Assembly (NCBI GenBank): GCA_965652925.1
Contig: CBFGXL010000002.1
Coordinates: 4,881-68,880 of the forward strand
Length of the DNA stretch: 64,000 bases
Source: an uncultured bacterium
Lineage (GTDB): Bacteria > Patescibacteriota > Minisyncoccia > Phycocordibacterales > UBA918
Direction of reading: 5' to 3'
Within the stretch, counting starts at the first letter, position 1, and each line of letters starts with the position of its first letter. Both the position numbers and the translations under genes were made by a program. Of the stretch, positions 47,780 through 58,268 are shown piece by piece. The notes under the pieces are model-generated. The model was not told the DNA's origin, searched no databases, and saw only the letters and a list, made by a program, of their open reading frames with translations.

Positions 47780-49150
47780 CTACGCTTGTTGGGGTGCGCT
47801 CAAGGGAGCTGCAGTTGCTGGCTCGCTATCTTCCGAAAAAACGACCTCGATGGAGTCCCTGTAGGCCAGCTTATAGGCGTTGGGATCTTCGTGGAGGCGG
47901 GTTTTGATGACATCCCGTGCGTTACGGGAGAGCTGTATGCGCAAAGAATTTGCATTGAGAATATCTACCAATTTCTGACTGAAGCTCACGACATCCTCAG
48001 CATGGCACAGTAAGGCCGACTCCCCATCAGTAAAAAGGTCTTTCCTGAGCTCGGTCTGTGCAGCGAGAATCGGTAGTCCTGCCGCTGCAGCTTTTATAAC
48101 CAGCTCGTCGCTTGCCTCAGTAGTGTCTGTGCAGATGAGCACGTCTGCGGATTTCATATAGGAAATCAAAAACGACATATCCTTCTGAAAGAGCACCTGC
48201 TGCTGAATGCCAAGTATCTCAGCACGCTTCTCAAATTCCTTTTTATTTGGACCATCACCCAAAACAACCAAACCAATACGATGTGAGTTGAGAATGGTCC
48301 GGCATGCATCCATCGCACGAAACAGCGTACTCTCATGGTCAAGCTTTCCCGCAAAAAGTGCCACAAAAGAGAACTGGGGAAATGCATCCGCATCTGAGCT
48401 CTCTTCGGACGCTTTTAAGATCGCATGAATATCAAAATGTCGAGGAAGCAATGAGAGATCCTTTATGCGCGGGTATCGTTTAATGATCTGCGCTTTTATT
48501 GCTTCAGTTGCCACACGCACACTGCCAGTACGCTTCAGTACATGTCTAGCGATGCGGAGCCGCCAGGCAGTGCCTTGTGATTTTGCTCTAAATTCCGGCG
48601 TGGTAAAATCCTCAGTGATGTGGAGCTGAAACTCACGGTCATACTTTTCGGCGATCAGCAAGCCACAAAGGCCTGATTCAAAAGGATCAAGCGCTACGAC
48701 AATATCCGGCCGAAACCCGCCTGAGAATTGTAGCTGGGAATCTGCGAGCGCAAGCGACGCATACGTCTGCAGTGGCCAGAATCGGACACTCGTGGTGTAT
48801 GCCCAGACATTGATGTGCAAACGCTCAATGCGTGGCTTTCCCTGCCAAGCCTCACACAGGATGATGATATGAATCTCGTTAAATACCTCACTGATATTAA
48901 AAAAATGAAGCTGTGAAGTAGAACCCTTTTCTAGTATGGAAGCGTCTTTTGTGACAAACAAAACACGGGACTCTGAACGGTCAGACTCGAGTATCACAAT
49001 AGGGTCCTTTTGAAGCTCAGCTTCAACCGAAGACTCCATCAGTTTTTCTTTGAGGGATTCTTCAGTAGTTGATTCAAGCACCTCATCAAGAACATGCTCC
49101 GCTCTTTTGGAGGGATCGATCCATGAGGACTTCGGGGAAGGAACAGCCAT
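47780..49150 (-). CDS. GT4-like protein with degenerate catalytic motif
   Basis: GT-B fold motifs (VLGDGP, MKSADV, AAAGLPIL) but EX7E appears as EX7K. Confidence 0.75.
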   Translation of the reverse strand: MAVPSPKSSWIDPSKRAEHVLDEVLESTTEESLKEKLMESSVEAELQKDPIVILESDRSESRVLFVTKDASILEKGSTSQLHFFNISEVFNEIHIIILCEAWQGKPRIERLHINVWAYTTSVRFWPLQTYASLALADSQLQFSGGFRPDIVVALDPFESGLCGLLIAEKYDREFQLHITEDFTTPEFRAKSQGTAWRLRIARHVLKRTGSVRVATEAIKAQIIKRYPRIKDLSLLPRHFDIHAILKASEESSDADAFPQFSFVALFAGKLDHESTLFRAMDACRTILNSHRIGLVVLGDGPNKKEFEKRAEILGIQQQVLFQKDMSFLISYMKSADVLICTDTTEASDELVIKAAAAGLPILAAQTELRKDLFTDGESALLCHAEDVVSFSQKLVDILNANSLRIQLSRNARDVIKTRLHEDPNAYKLAYRDSIEVVFSEDSEPATAAPLSAPQQA

Positions 49151-49189
49151 ATGTGCCTATTGTATCGCACATAATGACTCGCACGGAAG

Positions 49190-50125
49190 CTATTTATCCA
49201 AAGGCTGCTGTTTCGCCCATGCTATGTAGCGGTCGATACCTTCCCATATGCCAACCTTGGGTTCAAAACCAATACTTCGCGCAAGAGAGATGTCAGCCGG
49301 GAAACGGGAGACTTCGCCCGGTCGAGCTGGCCCATGCTCAATGTTTGCCCCAAATGCTTTTGCAATATATTGTGCAATATCTTTTATGGAAGTATTTGTT
49401 CCGCTGGCAAAATTGATCGCCTTCCCTGCTAGCTCTGGATGATGAAGCACCAAAACATATGCATCGACCAGATCATCGATATTAAGATAATCCCGGGTTG
49501 CTGTCCCCTCACCAAAAACAGTGAGAGTTTCTCCAGCAAGCGCCCTGCGGACAAGAATAGGTATGAGTGCTCCGCCTTTGCCGCTTTTCTGCCGTTCTCC
49601 ATAAATATTGAATGGGCGGACGATCGTTACGTTCACGCCGAACGATTTATAATATGCATTGCACCAACGATCTGCAGCTGCTTTAGAAGCGGCATAGGGA
49701 CTGTTAGGCGAAAGTTCTGCAGTCTCATCAAGGAGTTCTCCCTCCTTCAATGTGTGTCCGTCACCGTACACTTCGCAGGTTGAGGCATATATCATTCTGC
49801 AATGATTTTCGCGCACCGCTTCAAGGATATTATGCGTACCCATCACATTTACCTCAAGAAAGCTCAGAGGGTCTTTAAGTGACTCATCAACATTGATGTT
49901 GGCAGCGAGGTGAAAGACAACATCCTGTCCACGGACAACCTTGTCCACAACGGTTCTGTCGGTAATTGAACCATAGACCATCCGCGCACCACTAAGGGCC
50001 TCAACATTGGGTTCGATCTCCTTGGAATACGTATTGAGCACGGTCACATCATGTCCATCTGCCAAAAGGCGTTCCGAAAGATGGCTTCCCTGAAATCCTG
50101 CCCCACCGGTTATAAGTATTTTCAT
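49190..50125 (-). CDS. NDP-sugar dehydratase/epimerase (RmlB-like extended SDR)
   Basis: GGAGFQG, STCEVYG, YAASK, RPFNIYG. Confidence 0.9.
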   Translation of the reverse strand: MKILITGGAGFQGSHLSERLLADGHDVTVLNTYSKEIEPNVEALSGARMVYGSITDRTVVDKVVRGQDVVFHLAANINVDESLKDPLSFLEVNVMGTHNILEAVRENHCRMIYASTCEVYGDGHTLKEGELLDETAELSPNSPYAASKAAADRWCNAYYKSFGVNVTIVRPFNIYGERQKSGKGGALIPILVRRALAGETLTVFGEGTATRDYLNIDDLVDAYVLVLHHPELAGKAINFASGTNTSIKDIAQYIAKAFGANIEHGPARPGEVSRFPADISLARSIGFEPKVGIWEGIDRYIAWAKQQPLDK

Positions 50126-50141
50126 GTGCTGTACTGAATGA

Positions 50142-51281
50142 TTAATGTTTGTTCCGCAATGCCTGCTCCCACGAGGCACGGTACTTGTCTAAAACCATAT
50201 CAAAAGTCGGCAGTTCTGCAATGGAACGCTGGGCGTTCTGCCCGAGACGAGTGCGAAGTTCCTCATCCTCTATTACATGCAGAAGAACTTGCGTGAATGC
50301 TTCTTCGTCTTTTGGCTCCACAATAAGCGCACTCACCCGATCTTCCACTACCTCACCTGCACAACCAACATTGGTCATCACAATGGGAGTGCCTGCTGTT
50401 GCCGCTTCAACAACCACCATGCCGAAGCCCTCAAAGTCCGAGGTAAGGACGAAACAGTCACTTTGTGTGAAGAATGCACTCAGCTCTGAACCGAATTTTG
50501 CCCCGTGGAGTATGACATGTGATGAAAGTCCGTGCTCTTTGATCTCTTTTTCCAAACTTTCCTTCTCCGGCCCATCACCGACTATGTGAAGCAATACCTC
50601 AGGATGCTTCTGCGCGATCTCCTTGATCGCACACAGCTGCATAGGAATGTTCTTAATAGGAACCAACCGATTGACGCTCACAATATTGAAGCGCGATCCA
50701 TACTGCTGATCAAAGTGTGATGTGTAATGAACAAGCTCTGCCTTCTGTTCCTCACTTTTAATTCCGGACAATCCAAGCGAAGAGACATCAACATAGATTG
50801 GTACAAGCACCATACGGTCTTCTGATATGCCGAACTCGGTTACCAGACGCTTCCAGAGTCCTTTGCTCAGTACGCGTATGGAACCAGCTCTCTTGAGAGT
50901 GAATTGGGATAGCGCTTTGCGGAAAAAGTTGAGCTTCTCAATACCCAAGACCTGCACCTCAAGCCCGCAGTGGAAGTATCGGGAAAGCAACACTCCTAAT
51001 AGACCCAGGAAGTACGTATCCTGTGCAGTGATCACGTCACACTTCTCTTCGTGCACGCGCTGCCACGCCAGCACAGCCATGCGCACAAACTGAGCAATCT
51101 TAGTGCGACCGCCGGTACCGTACACTGTAGTATTCGAAGAAAGCTGCACATGCTTCTTCTCAGGCGACGGAACAATAATCGAAAGAGATTCAAGCACTTC
51201 TCCGTACCGCACATTACGTGCAGCGACAACACTGTCTTTATTGAGTATCTGCGGGTCTAGACTGAAGCTGAGTATTTTCAT
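50142..51281 (-). CDS. Glycosyltransferase family 4
   Basis: RLVPIKN, VGDGP, EGFGMVVVEA. Confidence 0.92.
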   Translation of the reverse strand: MKILSFSLDPQILNKDSVVAARNVRYGEVLESLSIIVPSPEKKHVQLSSNTTVYGTGGRTKIAQFVRMAVLAWQRVHEEKCDVITAQDTYFLGLLGVLLSRYFHCGLEVQVLGIEKLNFFRKALSQFTLKRAGSIRVLSKGLWKRLVTEFGISEDRMVLVPIYVDVSSLGLSGIKSEEQKAELVHYTSHFDQQYGSRFNIVSVNRLVPIKNIPMQLCAIKEIAQKHPEVLLHIVGDGPEKESLEKEIKEHGLSSHVILHGAKFGSELSAFFTQSDCFVLTSDFEGFGMVVVEAATAGTPIVMTNVGCAGEVVEDRVSALIVEPKDEEAFTQVLLHVIEDEELRTRLGQNAQRSIAELPTFDMVLDKYRASWEQALRNKH

Positions 51282-51286
51282 ATATG

Positions 51287-52426
51287 CTAGTGAGTAACTA
51301 TACGCGAAAGCAGCTCTACAAAATGAGCAGCTTCCCGTTCCTGTGTAAAGTCCTGAAGACGCACGCGGGCATTCTGCACCATCCGTTGGCGGAGCTGCTC
51401 ATTATCAAGAAGTCGGGCTATTACTTTAGAGAGCACTTCAGTGTCGCATGGTTCAACAAGAATACCTGAAATTTCGTCTCGTATGAGTTCAGGATTGCCT
51501 CCCACACGTGTAGACACAATAGGAACCCCCAGTTCCATGACCTCAAGCAGCTGATGTGAAAGACCTTCGTATGATGTATTGAGCACAAAGAGGTCTGACG
51601 CCTTGATGGACTCACCAAGCGCTTTTTTATCTAATCTTCCCAAGAAACGCACCTTACCCTCCAGATGCAAATTGCGTACCTTCTTTTCAAGCGCTTCGCG
51701 CTCTGGACCGTCGCCAATAATGAGAAGTGTAGTTTGAGGTCGCTCCCGCAACAAGAATGAAAACGCATCCATAAGCTCAGCAAAACCTTTCCACGGCACA
51801 AGCCTGCCTGCTGAGGTGATAACAGCACCTTCATACCCCAATGACTCTCTCAGAGCTGTTTTTGACTCAGGGATAGCAAGAGGCGAAAGTGCACTGTATA
51901 CCACATGTACATAAGAGGGTTCTACTCCCCACGTTACAATGATGTTCTTGAGGTACTCGCTTGGCGCAATCACCAGACGTGCTCTTTTAACCACAAAGCT
52001 CTGTATGGCTGCAAGCAGCCTCACCTGCAGCGGCGCTTCTTTGCGTACGTGCGTATACTCGTCGAGTGTCTGTGTGAGTCCAAAACGCTGCTGCCCTTGC
52101 TCCCATGCGTAATCGCCCCCCAGACGGATAATGAATTTCTTGCCCAGGAGCACACTTACAAGGTAGGTAGGCACACCGACACTCACTGGATCAAGTGCAT
52201 ACAGTACATCGGCTTCCCTACCTGCTCTCAGTACAGACCAGAAAAATGTAGCATGGCGCACGATCTTCGGCAGGTGACGCACCGAACTGAACGCAATAAC
52301 TTCCACAGTGCAACCGAGCCCAGGAAGCTTTTCTTCAAGCATACGTGTGTACGTAGCGGGACCGCCGATCTCAGGCGGGTAGAGTCCGGTAGCTATCAGT
52401 ACTCGTATGTTTGTAGTGTCTTTCAT
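51287..52426 (-). CDS. Glycosyltransferase family 4
   Basis: YPPEIGGP, GRLVPWKG, EGLSHQLLE. Confidence 0.93.
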   Translation of the reverse strand: MKDTTNIRVLIATGLYPPEIGGPATYTRMLEEKLPGLGCTVEVIAFSSVRHLPKIVRHATFFWSVLRAGREADVLYALDPVSVGVPTYLVSVLLGKKFIIRLGGDYAWEQGQQRFGLTQTLDEYTHVRKEAPLQVRLLAAIQSFVVKRARLVIAPSEYLKNIIVTWGVEPSYVHVVYSALSPLAIPESKTALRESLGYEGAVITSAGRLVPWKGFAELMDAFSFLLRERPQTTLLIIGDGPEREALEKKVRNLHLEGKVRFLGRLDKKALGESIKASDLFVLNTSYEGLSHQLLEVMELGVPIVSTRVGGNPELIRDEISGILVEPCDTEVLSKVIARLLDNEQLRQRMVQNARVRLQDFTQEREAAHFVELLSRIVTH

Positions 52427-52977
52427 ATGTGTAGCTGTTCGACATCATCAAAAGAACGGACGCGCACAAAGGAATCGTCAGCCTCATCCATCTGCGTATA
52501 TCGATCCATAAGCACAGCCTTGATCCCCAATTGCAGTGCTTCTTCCACATAGACCTTCCGATCATCGATAAACAGACATGCCTCTTGACGTTCTGTACAA
52601 GCATCTTTAAGCATCTGCAACGCCTGTGACTTAGAAGCACCCACTATATGCACCCGATCATCACCCACAATATCCATAACTCCTGAGATTTCTATCTTTC
52701 GTCGCTGATATAATTCCTGTACATCTTCTGCCTGATTATTAAGCGGATTGCTGCTTATATACGAGGAAACGATATCGCATGCAGTTCGATGACGTAGAAG
52801 AAAGGCATACGCGTCAGGATACACAAGCAAAGTCGCATCAAAGTGCGGGTCATGTGCAGTGAGCTCATCAAAAAGCGACGCTGAACGTTCTGCTTCTTCC
52901 AAATGAAGCGCACTCATTCGCCCCTTGAGCGCTTCTGTATTAAATATGACTCCGTCAAAATCAAGAAGGTATCTCAT
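52423..52977 (-). CDS. HAD-superfamily hydrolase
   Basis: LDFDGVIFNT, FIDD. Confidence 0.82.
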   Translation of the reverse strand: MRYLLDFDGVIFNTEALKGRMSALHLEEAERSASLFDELTAHDPHFDATLLVYPDAYAFLLRHRTACDIVSSYISSNPLNNQAEDVQELYQRRKIEISGVMDIVGDDRVHIVGASKSQALQMLKDACTERQEACLFIDDRKVYVEEALQLGIKAVLMDRYTQMDEADDSFVRVRSFDDVEQLHI

Positions 52978-52980
52978 AGC

Positions 52981-53991
52981 TTATACAAGAAGCTGCAGAA
53001 GAAGTGCCGCGAATTTGTCTCCATCTCCTCGCACGAGACTTCGTTGTAACACATCTCCTTTCCGCTTTATGACCTCCTCGGAACTCAGAAGATCAGCGCG
53101 GACCACTGTATACTCGCACTCATCGCAGTCATCAACAACCGGGTACTGAAATGCCTGTGCATACTTCTCAAGAAGGTGCTTCGGCACGTTGCCGGTGTTC
53201 ACGATCACACAGTCAGGTGTGCGTCCGACATACCGCGCAACTTCCTTCACATGGTCGCACGCGGACATGTTATACGTCTGTCCGGGACGCGTCATCAAGT
53301 TGGACGCAAAAACGAATTTTGCTTGTGAGGCCTGTATTGCTTCCGGCACACCTTCGACCACACAATTTGCGAGCAAGCTTGAATACAGATCTCCAGGACC
53401 AAGCAATATAAGGTCCGCATGGATGAGTGCTTCTTTTACATCATTAGTGATGTGGCCTTTTGGATTCGTTGTAAGCGAAACGATCCTCCGTTCGTAGCGA
53501 TCTTCTGGCGGTTCATCGATCTCATGCTCTCCTGCAATTACCAGACCATCGTCGTACGTTGCGACAATATGGATATCATCTTCAGTAACGGGCAGGACCC
53601 GTCCTTTAATGCGGAGCAAACGCGAAGCAGCTTTCACCGCCTCCGCTTCGCTGCCAAGTATTTGAGTGAGCGCCACCATGAAGAGATTGCCGAAGTTGTG
53701 ACCATTAAGCCCTTCCCCTTTATCAAAGCGATGCAAGAACAGCTCACGCAACAAAAGGTCGTCTTCATTGACCTCGCTTGCAAGTGCAGTAAGCGCCATC
53801 CGGACGTCCCCCACGGGCAACTGTCCAAACTCGTCCCGCAAGCGTCCCGTTGAACCTCCAGAGTCTGCCATGGTGATCACTGCCGTGATATCGACCGTGT
53901 CAGCGTATTTCTTGAGGCCCCGGAGGATAGGGTGCGTCCCCGTGCCACCCCCAATGACGACAATTGATTTCTTCCCACCCGATTTTTGCAT
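52981..53991 (-). CDS. yvcK: YvcK/GlmR (UPF0052) UDP-GlcNAc-binding protein
   Basis: IGGGTG, DSGGSTGRLR, GHNFGNL, GPGDLYSS, NLMTRPGQT. Confidence 0.92.
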   Translation of the reverse strand: MQKSGGKKSIVVIGGGTGTHPILRGLKKYADTVDITAVITMADSGGSTGRLRDEFGQLPVGDVRMALTALASEVNEDDLLLRELFLHRFDKGEGLNGHNFGNLFMVALTQILGSEAEAVKAASRLLRIKGRVLPVTEDDIHIVATYDDGLVIAGEHEIDEPPEDRYERRIVSLTTNPKGHITNDVKEALIHADLILLGPGDLYSSLLANCVVEGVPEAIQASQAKFVFASNLMTRPGQTYNMSACDHVKEVARYVGRTPDCVIVNTGNVPKHLLEKYAQAFQYPVVDDCDECEYTVVRADLLSSEEVIKRKGDVLQRSLVRGDGDKFAALLLQLLV

Positions 53992-54072
53992 ACCATAAAT
54001 CTAACCATATCTTTGAGATAAAAGGTACGCAGACCGTATACAGAATGGTCTATTCACTGTATATTTCTCTGT

Positions 54073-55086
54073 ATGTCAAATAGGCCGCTTTTTGTGGTTT
54101 CCCTTGATTTTGAACTGTATTGGGGCATGTTCGACAAGGTGACACTCGATACGTACGGAGAGAACATCAAGGGAGTCCACGAAGCTATCCCTGAGCTTCT
54201 CTCGCTCTTCGAAAAATACGGTGTGCACGCCACCTGGGCAGTGGTTGGCATGCTCATGTGTAGAAGCAAAGACGAACTGATGAGCCTTTTGCCCGAACCC
54301 TCTTTGCGTCCGCAGTACGACGATATGCGGTTATCGGCGTATGAACATATTCTTCATACAAACATCGGCGAAAACGAACAGAACGACCCATATCACTACG
54401 GACACTCATTGGTTGAGATGATCCTCCGTACGCAACACCAAGAACTCGGCAGTCACACCTTTTCGCACTACTATGCGCAAGATGGCAGCAATAATGGCGA
54501 AGCCATTTTTGCTGCCGACTGCGCAGCATTCAGAAACGTTTCGGAACGCTTCGGCGCGAAGATCACCTCGATTGTCTTCCCTCGCAATCAGACAAGTCCT
54601 GAGGCGCTTCGTGTCTGTAAACAATTCGGTTATCAGGTCTACCGAGGCACACCTGATCATTTCCTCTACACCGGCAAAAAGGAAAAAGAACAAACAAATA
54701 TTTTCCTGCGGATCCTGCGCTTGATCGACGCTTACATCAATATCAGCGGTCACCACAGCTATCCCATTAACAGCGTCAGTGAACCAATTCTCAGTAACGT
54801 GCCCGGCAGCAGATTCCTGCGGCCGTATTCACATTCGCTGCGTCTTATAGAGCGCCTGCGCATTGCGCGCATCAAGAAAAGCATGACTTATGCTGCAACA
54901 CATGGTGAGGTATTTCATCTCTGGTGGCACCCGCACAACTTTGGAACCAACCGCAAAGAGAATCTCGCAAATCTCATTGAGATCCTGGAACACTTTAAAG
55001 ACCTACAAACTTTGTACGGTATGGAGAGCGCAACTATGCAGGAGGTTGCTACACGCGCGAACGAATCAGCTGCTTCAGTTTCTTAG
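54073..55086 (+). CDS. Polysaccharide deacetylase family protein
   Basis: VSLDFELYWG, ATWAVVG, SHTFSHYY, VFPRNQ, HLWWHPHNFG. Confidence 0.88.
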   Translation: MSNRPLFVVSLDFELYWGMFDKVTLDTYGENIKGVHEAIPELLSLFEKYGVHATWAVVGMLMCRSKDELMSLLPEPSLRPQYDDMRLSAYEHILHTNIGENEQNDPYHYGHSLVEMILRTQHQELGSHTFSHYYAQDGSNNGEAIFAADCAAFRNVSERFGAKITSIVFPRNQTSPEALRVCKQFGYQVYRGTPDHFLYTGKKEKEQTNIFLRILRLIDAYINISGHHSYPINSVSEPILSNVPGSRFLRPYSHSLRLIERLRIARIKKSMTYAATHGEVFHLWWHPHNFGTNRKENLANLIEILEHFKDLQTLYGMESATMQEVATRANESAASVS

Positions 55087-55846
55087 GAAGCCGCAGTCCG
55101 AATAGAGCCAAGAAGGCATTGGTTCGTTTACCCAGCCCAATAACAGTGAGCGAAATAAAACTGAGCAGATTATGTTGAATGCTACCACTACCTCTCCACA
55201 GCCCTGTTGGCGAGACCGCTATTTTGGATGTTCCAAAGACATATTGCCCCTCTTTAAGCGCCCTGATGATAGCATCCGAGGTCACGTGTTCTACATCTAT
55301 GGAAATAAGCGGGGCACCGAAATGTTCTCTGCGATGGAAATCTAAACCTCCCGTTGCGAAAAGCCCTTCGTTCTTTTCCTGCAAGGATCGTAAAAGCTGA
55401 GCAGCTCGTGGACGAGGGACGAGCTTGCCATCGTACTGCTGATTCCAGATCTCAACTCCATCAATCACATCTTTGAGTACCTGATCCACTACAAAGCGAT
55501 TACGAACCGGGTGTGCCAAGACGGTCAGTGCCGCGCGCTCTGCCCATTGAGCAAGAGTGTACTCATCAGCAACTTGTCCCAGAAATGTCTCCGTACCCAA
55601 AAACAGAACATGCGCATCCTTGTACGGTACCTCAAATCCAGGAATAAAAACAAACTGGCTTCCCGAAAGCGACTTACATTCCTGCACAAACAGCTGAGCT
55701 TCCTCTATGGTCAGTTTGTCTGTGTGTTCTGTTAAAAAACAGAATGTTATACCTTCTTTCTGCAGAAAGGATTTCAGAGCAGAAAGGTTCTCTTTCCCAT
55801 CATATGAGTAGGTTGAATGCACATGCGCTACGCCTTTGATTTCCAT
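55049..55846 (-). CDS. PHP-domain metallophosphoesterase-like protein
   Basis: HVHSTYSYDG, TEH, GFE, AHP, EIWN, GLDFH. Confidence 0.85.
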   Translation of the reverse strand: MEIKGVAHVHSTYSYDGKENLSALKSFLQKEGITFCFLTEHTDKLTIEEAQLFVQECKSLSGSQFVFIPGFEVPYKDAHVLFLGTETFLGQVADEYTLAQWAERAALTVLAHPVRNRFVVDQVLKDVIDGVEIWNQQYDGKLVPRPRAAQLLRSLQEKNEGLFATGGLDFHRREHFGAPLISIDVEHVTSDAIIRALKEGQYVFGTSKIAVSPTGLWRGSGSIQHNLLSFISLTVIGLGKRTNAFLALFGLRLPKKLKQLIRSRV

Positions 55847-57021
55847 TTGTTCAGTATATCAAGATATTCAAAAAGAGCGGGCACCGGGTCAGACCACGAG
55901 AAAATATCATCTTTTGAAATGAAAAATTCTTTTTTAAAATCATAGAGTGCCCGCAGGCGTGATGGATAGAGTATTTTTCGCAACGGATCGCGAGCAAAAA
56001 GAACGGCAATAAGCCATTTACAGTCGCCAAGAAAATGACGGGTACGAACGCGGCGCGGCAACGAAGTCTGCAGCTTACTTACCGCACCGCGTGCAAGCGC
56101 GTAGGTGATCAAAGGAAAATCGACGCCTGCTCTAACAGCAAGCGGCAAAGAGCCCCAAAACCGTCCATTGATCTCCATCAAGAGTACTTGCCCTGTTTCC
56201 GTATCGATCTTAAACTCGACCATTGCTGGCCCAGTCCATGCTAAACGACGCATAAGCGCATATGCATATTCGTGCATCATGCGCACTTCATCAGTTTCAG
56301 ACGCCGTTTCCTTCACCACTGCTGCGCCCCCGCGTGGTGAGAGACTTCGAATACGTTTATGTGCGAACGAAGCGAGCACTTCCCCACGATCGCACACCAC
56401 CTCAATACCATACTCATCACCCTCCACAAATTTCATTACCAAAGGTGCTTCTCCGGTTGCTTTGTAGACCGTATTGTATGTTGATTCAAGTTCATTACGA
56501 GAAAACACGAATGCAGCAGAACCAGAAACCGGCTTCTCTTCTTTCCAAACAAGACTGTGCCGATTTTTCACAACCGCTGGATACAAAATTGTGTCCCATG
56601 CCTCCTTATTGTAGATATTGATAGTGGGTATAGAAAGTTCTGAAGCAAGTGCGTAAGTTCTTTCTTTATCTGCAGCGATCTCTACTGATTCGAGGCTTGG
56701 CATGGGCATAACCGCGTACGGAGTTATACGGTCATACTCCCTTGCAAGTAAAAGAGATGTAGCATCGCTAAAAGCAAATATAACTGGCTTTTCTCCAGAC
56801 TCATCATATAGCTTCTTGGACTGGGCGATGATGTCTTCTACAAAGCCTACTGGGTCAGTCTTTGCTGATGAATATATGAAATGACGACGAACGAATCGGC
56901 TGTGACAAGCCATGGCTGTACTACGCTCAGCTGCGCACACAACACTAACGCCCTGTGCCCCCAACGAACGAACAGCACAGAGCGCGCTTTTGAGTTGACC
57001 ATCGAGAACAATCGCCGTCAT
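55828..57021 (-). CDS. ATP-grasp carboxylate-amine ligase
   Basis: AVRSLG, DKERT, YPAVVK, MVEFK, LMEINGRFWGSL. Confidence 0.88.
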   Translation of the reverse strand: MTAIVLDGQLKSALCAVRSLGAQGVSVVCAAERSTAMACHSRFVRRHFIYSSAKTDPVGFVEDIIAQSKKLYDESGEKPVIFAFSDATSLLLAREYDRITPYAVMPMPSLESVEIAADKERTYALASELSIPTINIYNKEAWDTILYPAVVKNRHSLVWKEEKPVSGSAAFVFSRNELESTYNTVYKATGEAPLVMKFVEGDEYGIEVVCDRGEVLASFAHKRIRSLSPRGGAAVVKETASETDEVRMMHEYAYALMRRLAWTGPAMVEFKIDTETGQVLLMEINGRFWGSLPLAVRAGVDFPLITYALARGAVSKLQTSLPRRVRTRHFLGDCKWLIAVLFARDPLRKILYPSRLRALYDFKKEFFISKDDIFSWSDPVPALFEYLDILNKWKSKA

Positions 57022-57023
57022 AT

Positions 57024-58172
57024 CTATTGCGTTAGAGCATTGAACATGTCTTCCATGTCCCTTGAAACAATATCCCAATTGTACTTTGCAATTACCATTT
57101 CTTGTGCCTGACTCAACATACTCTCTCTATGCTGTGCATCAAGAGTCTGTATCTTTCGCACTGCGCTAGCAATACTCTCTGGATTTTCAATCTCGACCAT
57201 GAATCCAGTCTTGCCATCCGTGAGGAAATCTGGGATTCCACCTGCATTGGTTCCGATAACTATCATACGAGCAGCCATGGCTTCCAAGAACGCGTTGCCG
57301 AGCCCTTCTGACAAAGATGGGCGAATAAAAATATCAGATGCCTTCATTAGAAGTGGCAGTTCTTTCGGGTCGACAAAGCCCATGAACTTGACCCGACGAG
57401 TAAGACCCATGCGTTCCACCTGCGCTTTGATCTCCCCATCAAGTGATCCACTTCCGCACACCACAAAACATACATTTTCAGGCAACAGAGCCAGAGCAGA
57501 GACGACATCACCTATGCCATTTTTCTTCTCAAGCCGAGAACTTGTGAAGAGAATAAGCGCATCATCTGGAAAACCAAAAGACGAGCGCTTTGCCTGGATA
57601 TCTTCAGGGGAAAATGACCGTGTGAACGCATCAACAGCAACGCCATTGGGTATCACCTTTCCTGCTTTACCCTTAAAACCCATCTGTGTACCCCAGTTCA
57701 AGAGGTAGTTCGATATCGCCTGAATGCCATCTGCTGAAGCAAAGATATTGTTGAACGATTTCCGTACAAACCGAACTCGATTGTAAATATAATCAAAGGA
57801 GTCACCCTCTTGAAGCGTAAGTAAAAGCGGGACGCCGGTCTTTTTCTTGACACGAACTGCAGCGAATGCTCCATAGCTCGCCATGATAGACCACAAGAGA
57901 TCGTATCTCTGTTTTCGCATAAGCTTGTAAGCACAGAAGTGTCCGAACAACGCGAGAATAAAACCATCAACTTTAGGGATACCAAATCCCATACGGTAGA
58001 TGTTTACGTTGCCTACTTTTTCAAAATCCTTCACGTTCTTGCGGAGCTTTGCACAGATAAGATCGAATTCGATATGCGGCAGGCGTTGTGTGATATTGCC
58101 AAACGCCTGTTCTGCCCCGCCTGCTGGGACCAAATGGTCGTCAGTAGAGAAAATAAGTATCCGTTTTGCCAT
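57024..58172 (-). CDS. Glycosyltransferase family 4
   Basis: GGAE, IPNGV, SRLEKKNG, EGLGNAFLEA. Confidence 0.93.
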   Translation of the reverse strand: MAKRILIFSTDDHLVPAGGAEQAFGNITQRLPHIEFDLICAKLRKNVKDFEKVGNVNIYRMGFGIPKVDGFILALFGHFCAYKLMRKQRYDLLWSIMASYGAFAAVRVKKKTGVPLLLTLQEGDSFDYIYNRVRFVRKSFNNIFASADGIQAISNYLLNWGTQMGFKGKAGKVIPNGVAVDAFTRSFSPEDIQAKRSSFGFPDDALILFTSSRLEKKNGIGDVVSALALLPENVCFVVCGSGSLDGEIKAQVERMGLTRRVKFMGFVDPKELPLLMKASDIFIRPSLSEGLGNAFLEAMAARMIVIGTNAGGIPDFLTDGKTGFMVEIENPESIASAVRKIQTLDAQHRESMLSQAQEMVIAKYNWDIVSRDMEDMFNALTQ

Positions 58173-58188
58173 AGAGAAACTCTAGCAT

Positions 58189-58253
58189 AAAAAGAAAAAC
58201 ACCACGATACGGACGTATCGCGGTGTTGGGATGCGGGCTCTTAAGCCCGCATC
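58189..58253 (-). terminator. Two hairpins with U tract terminating the NUDIX gene
   Basis: GATGCGGGCT-CTTA-AGCCCGCATC (58230-58253) and CACCACGATAC-GGAC-GTATCGCGGTG followed by a T tract on the minus strand. Confidence 0.7.
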
Positions 58254-58268
58254 AGGTTTGGCAGAAGG

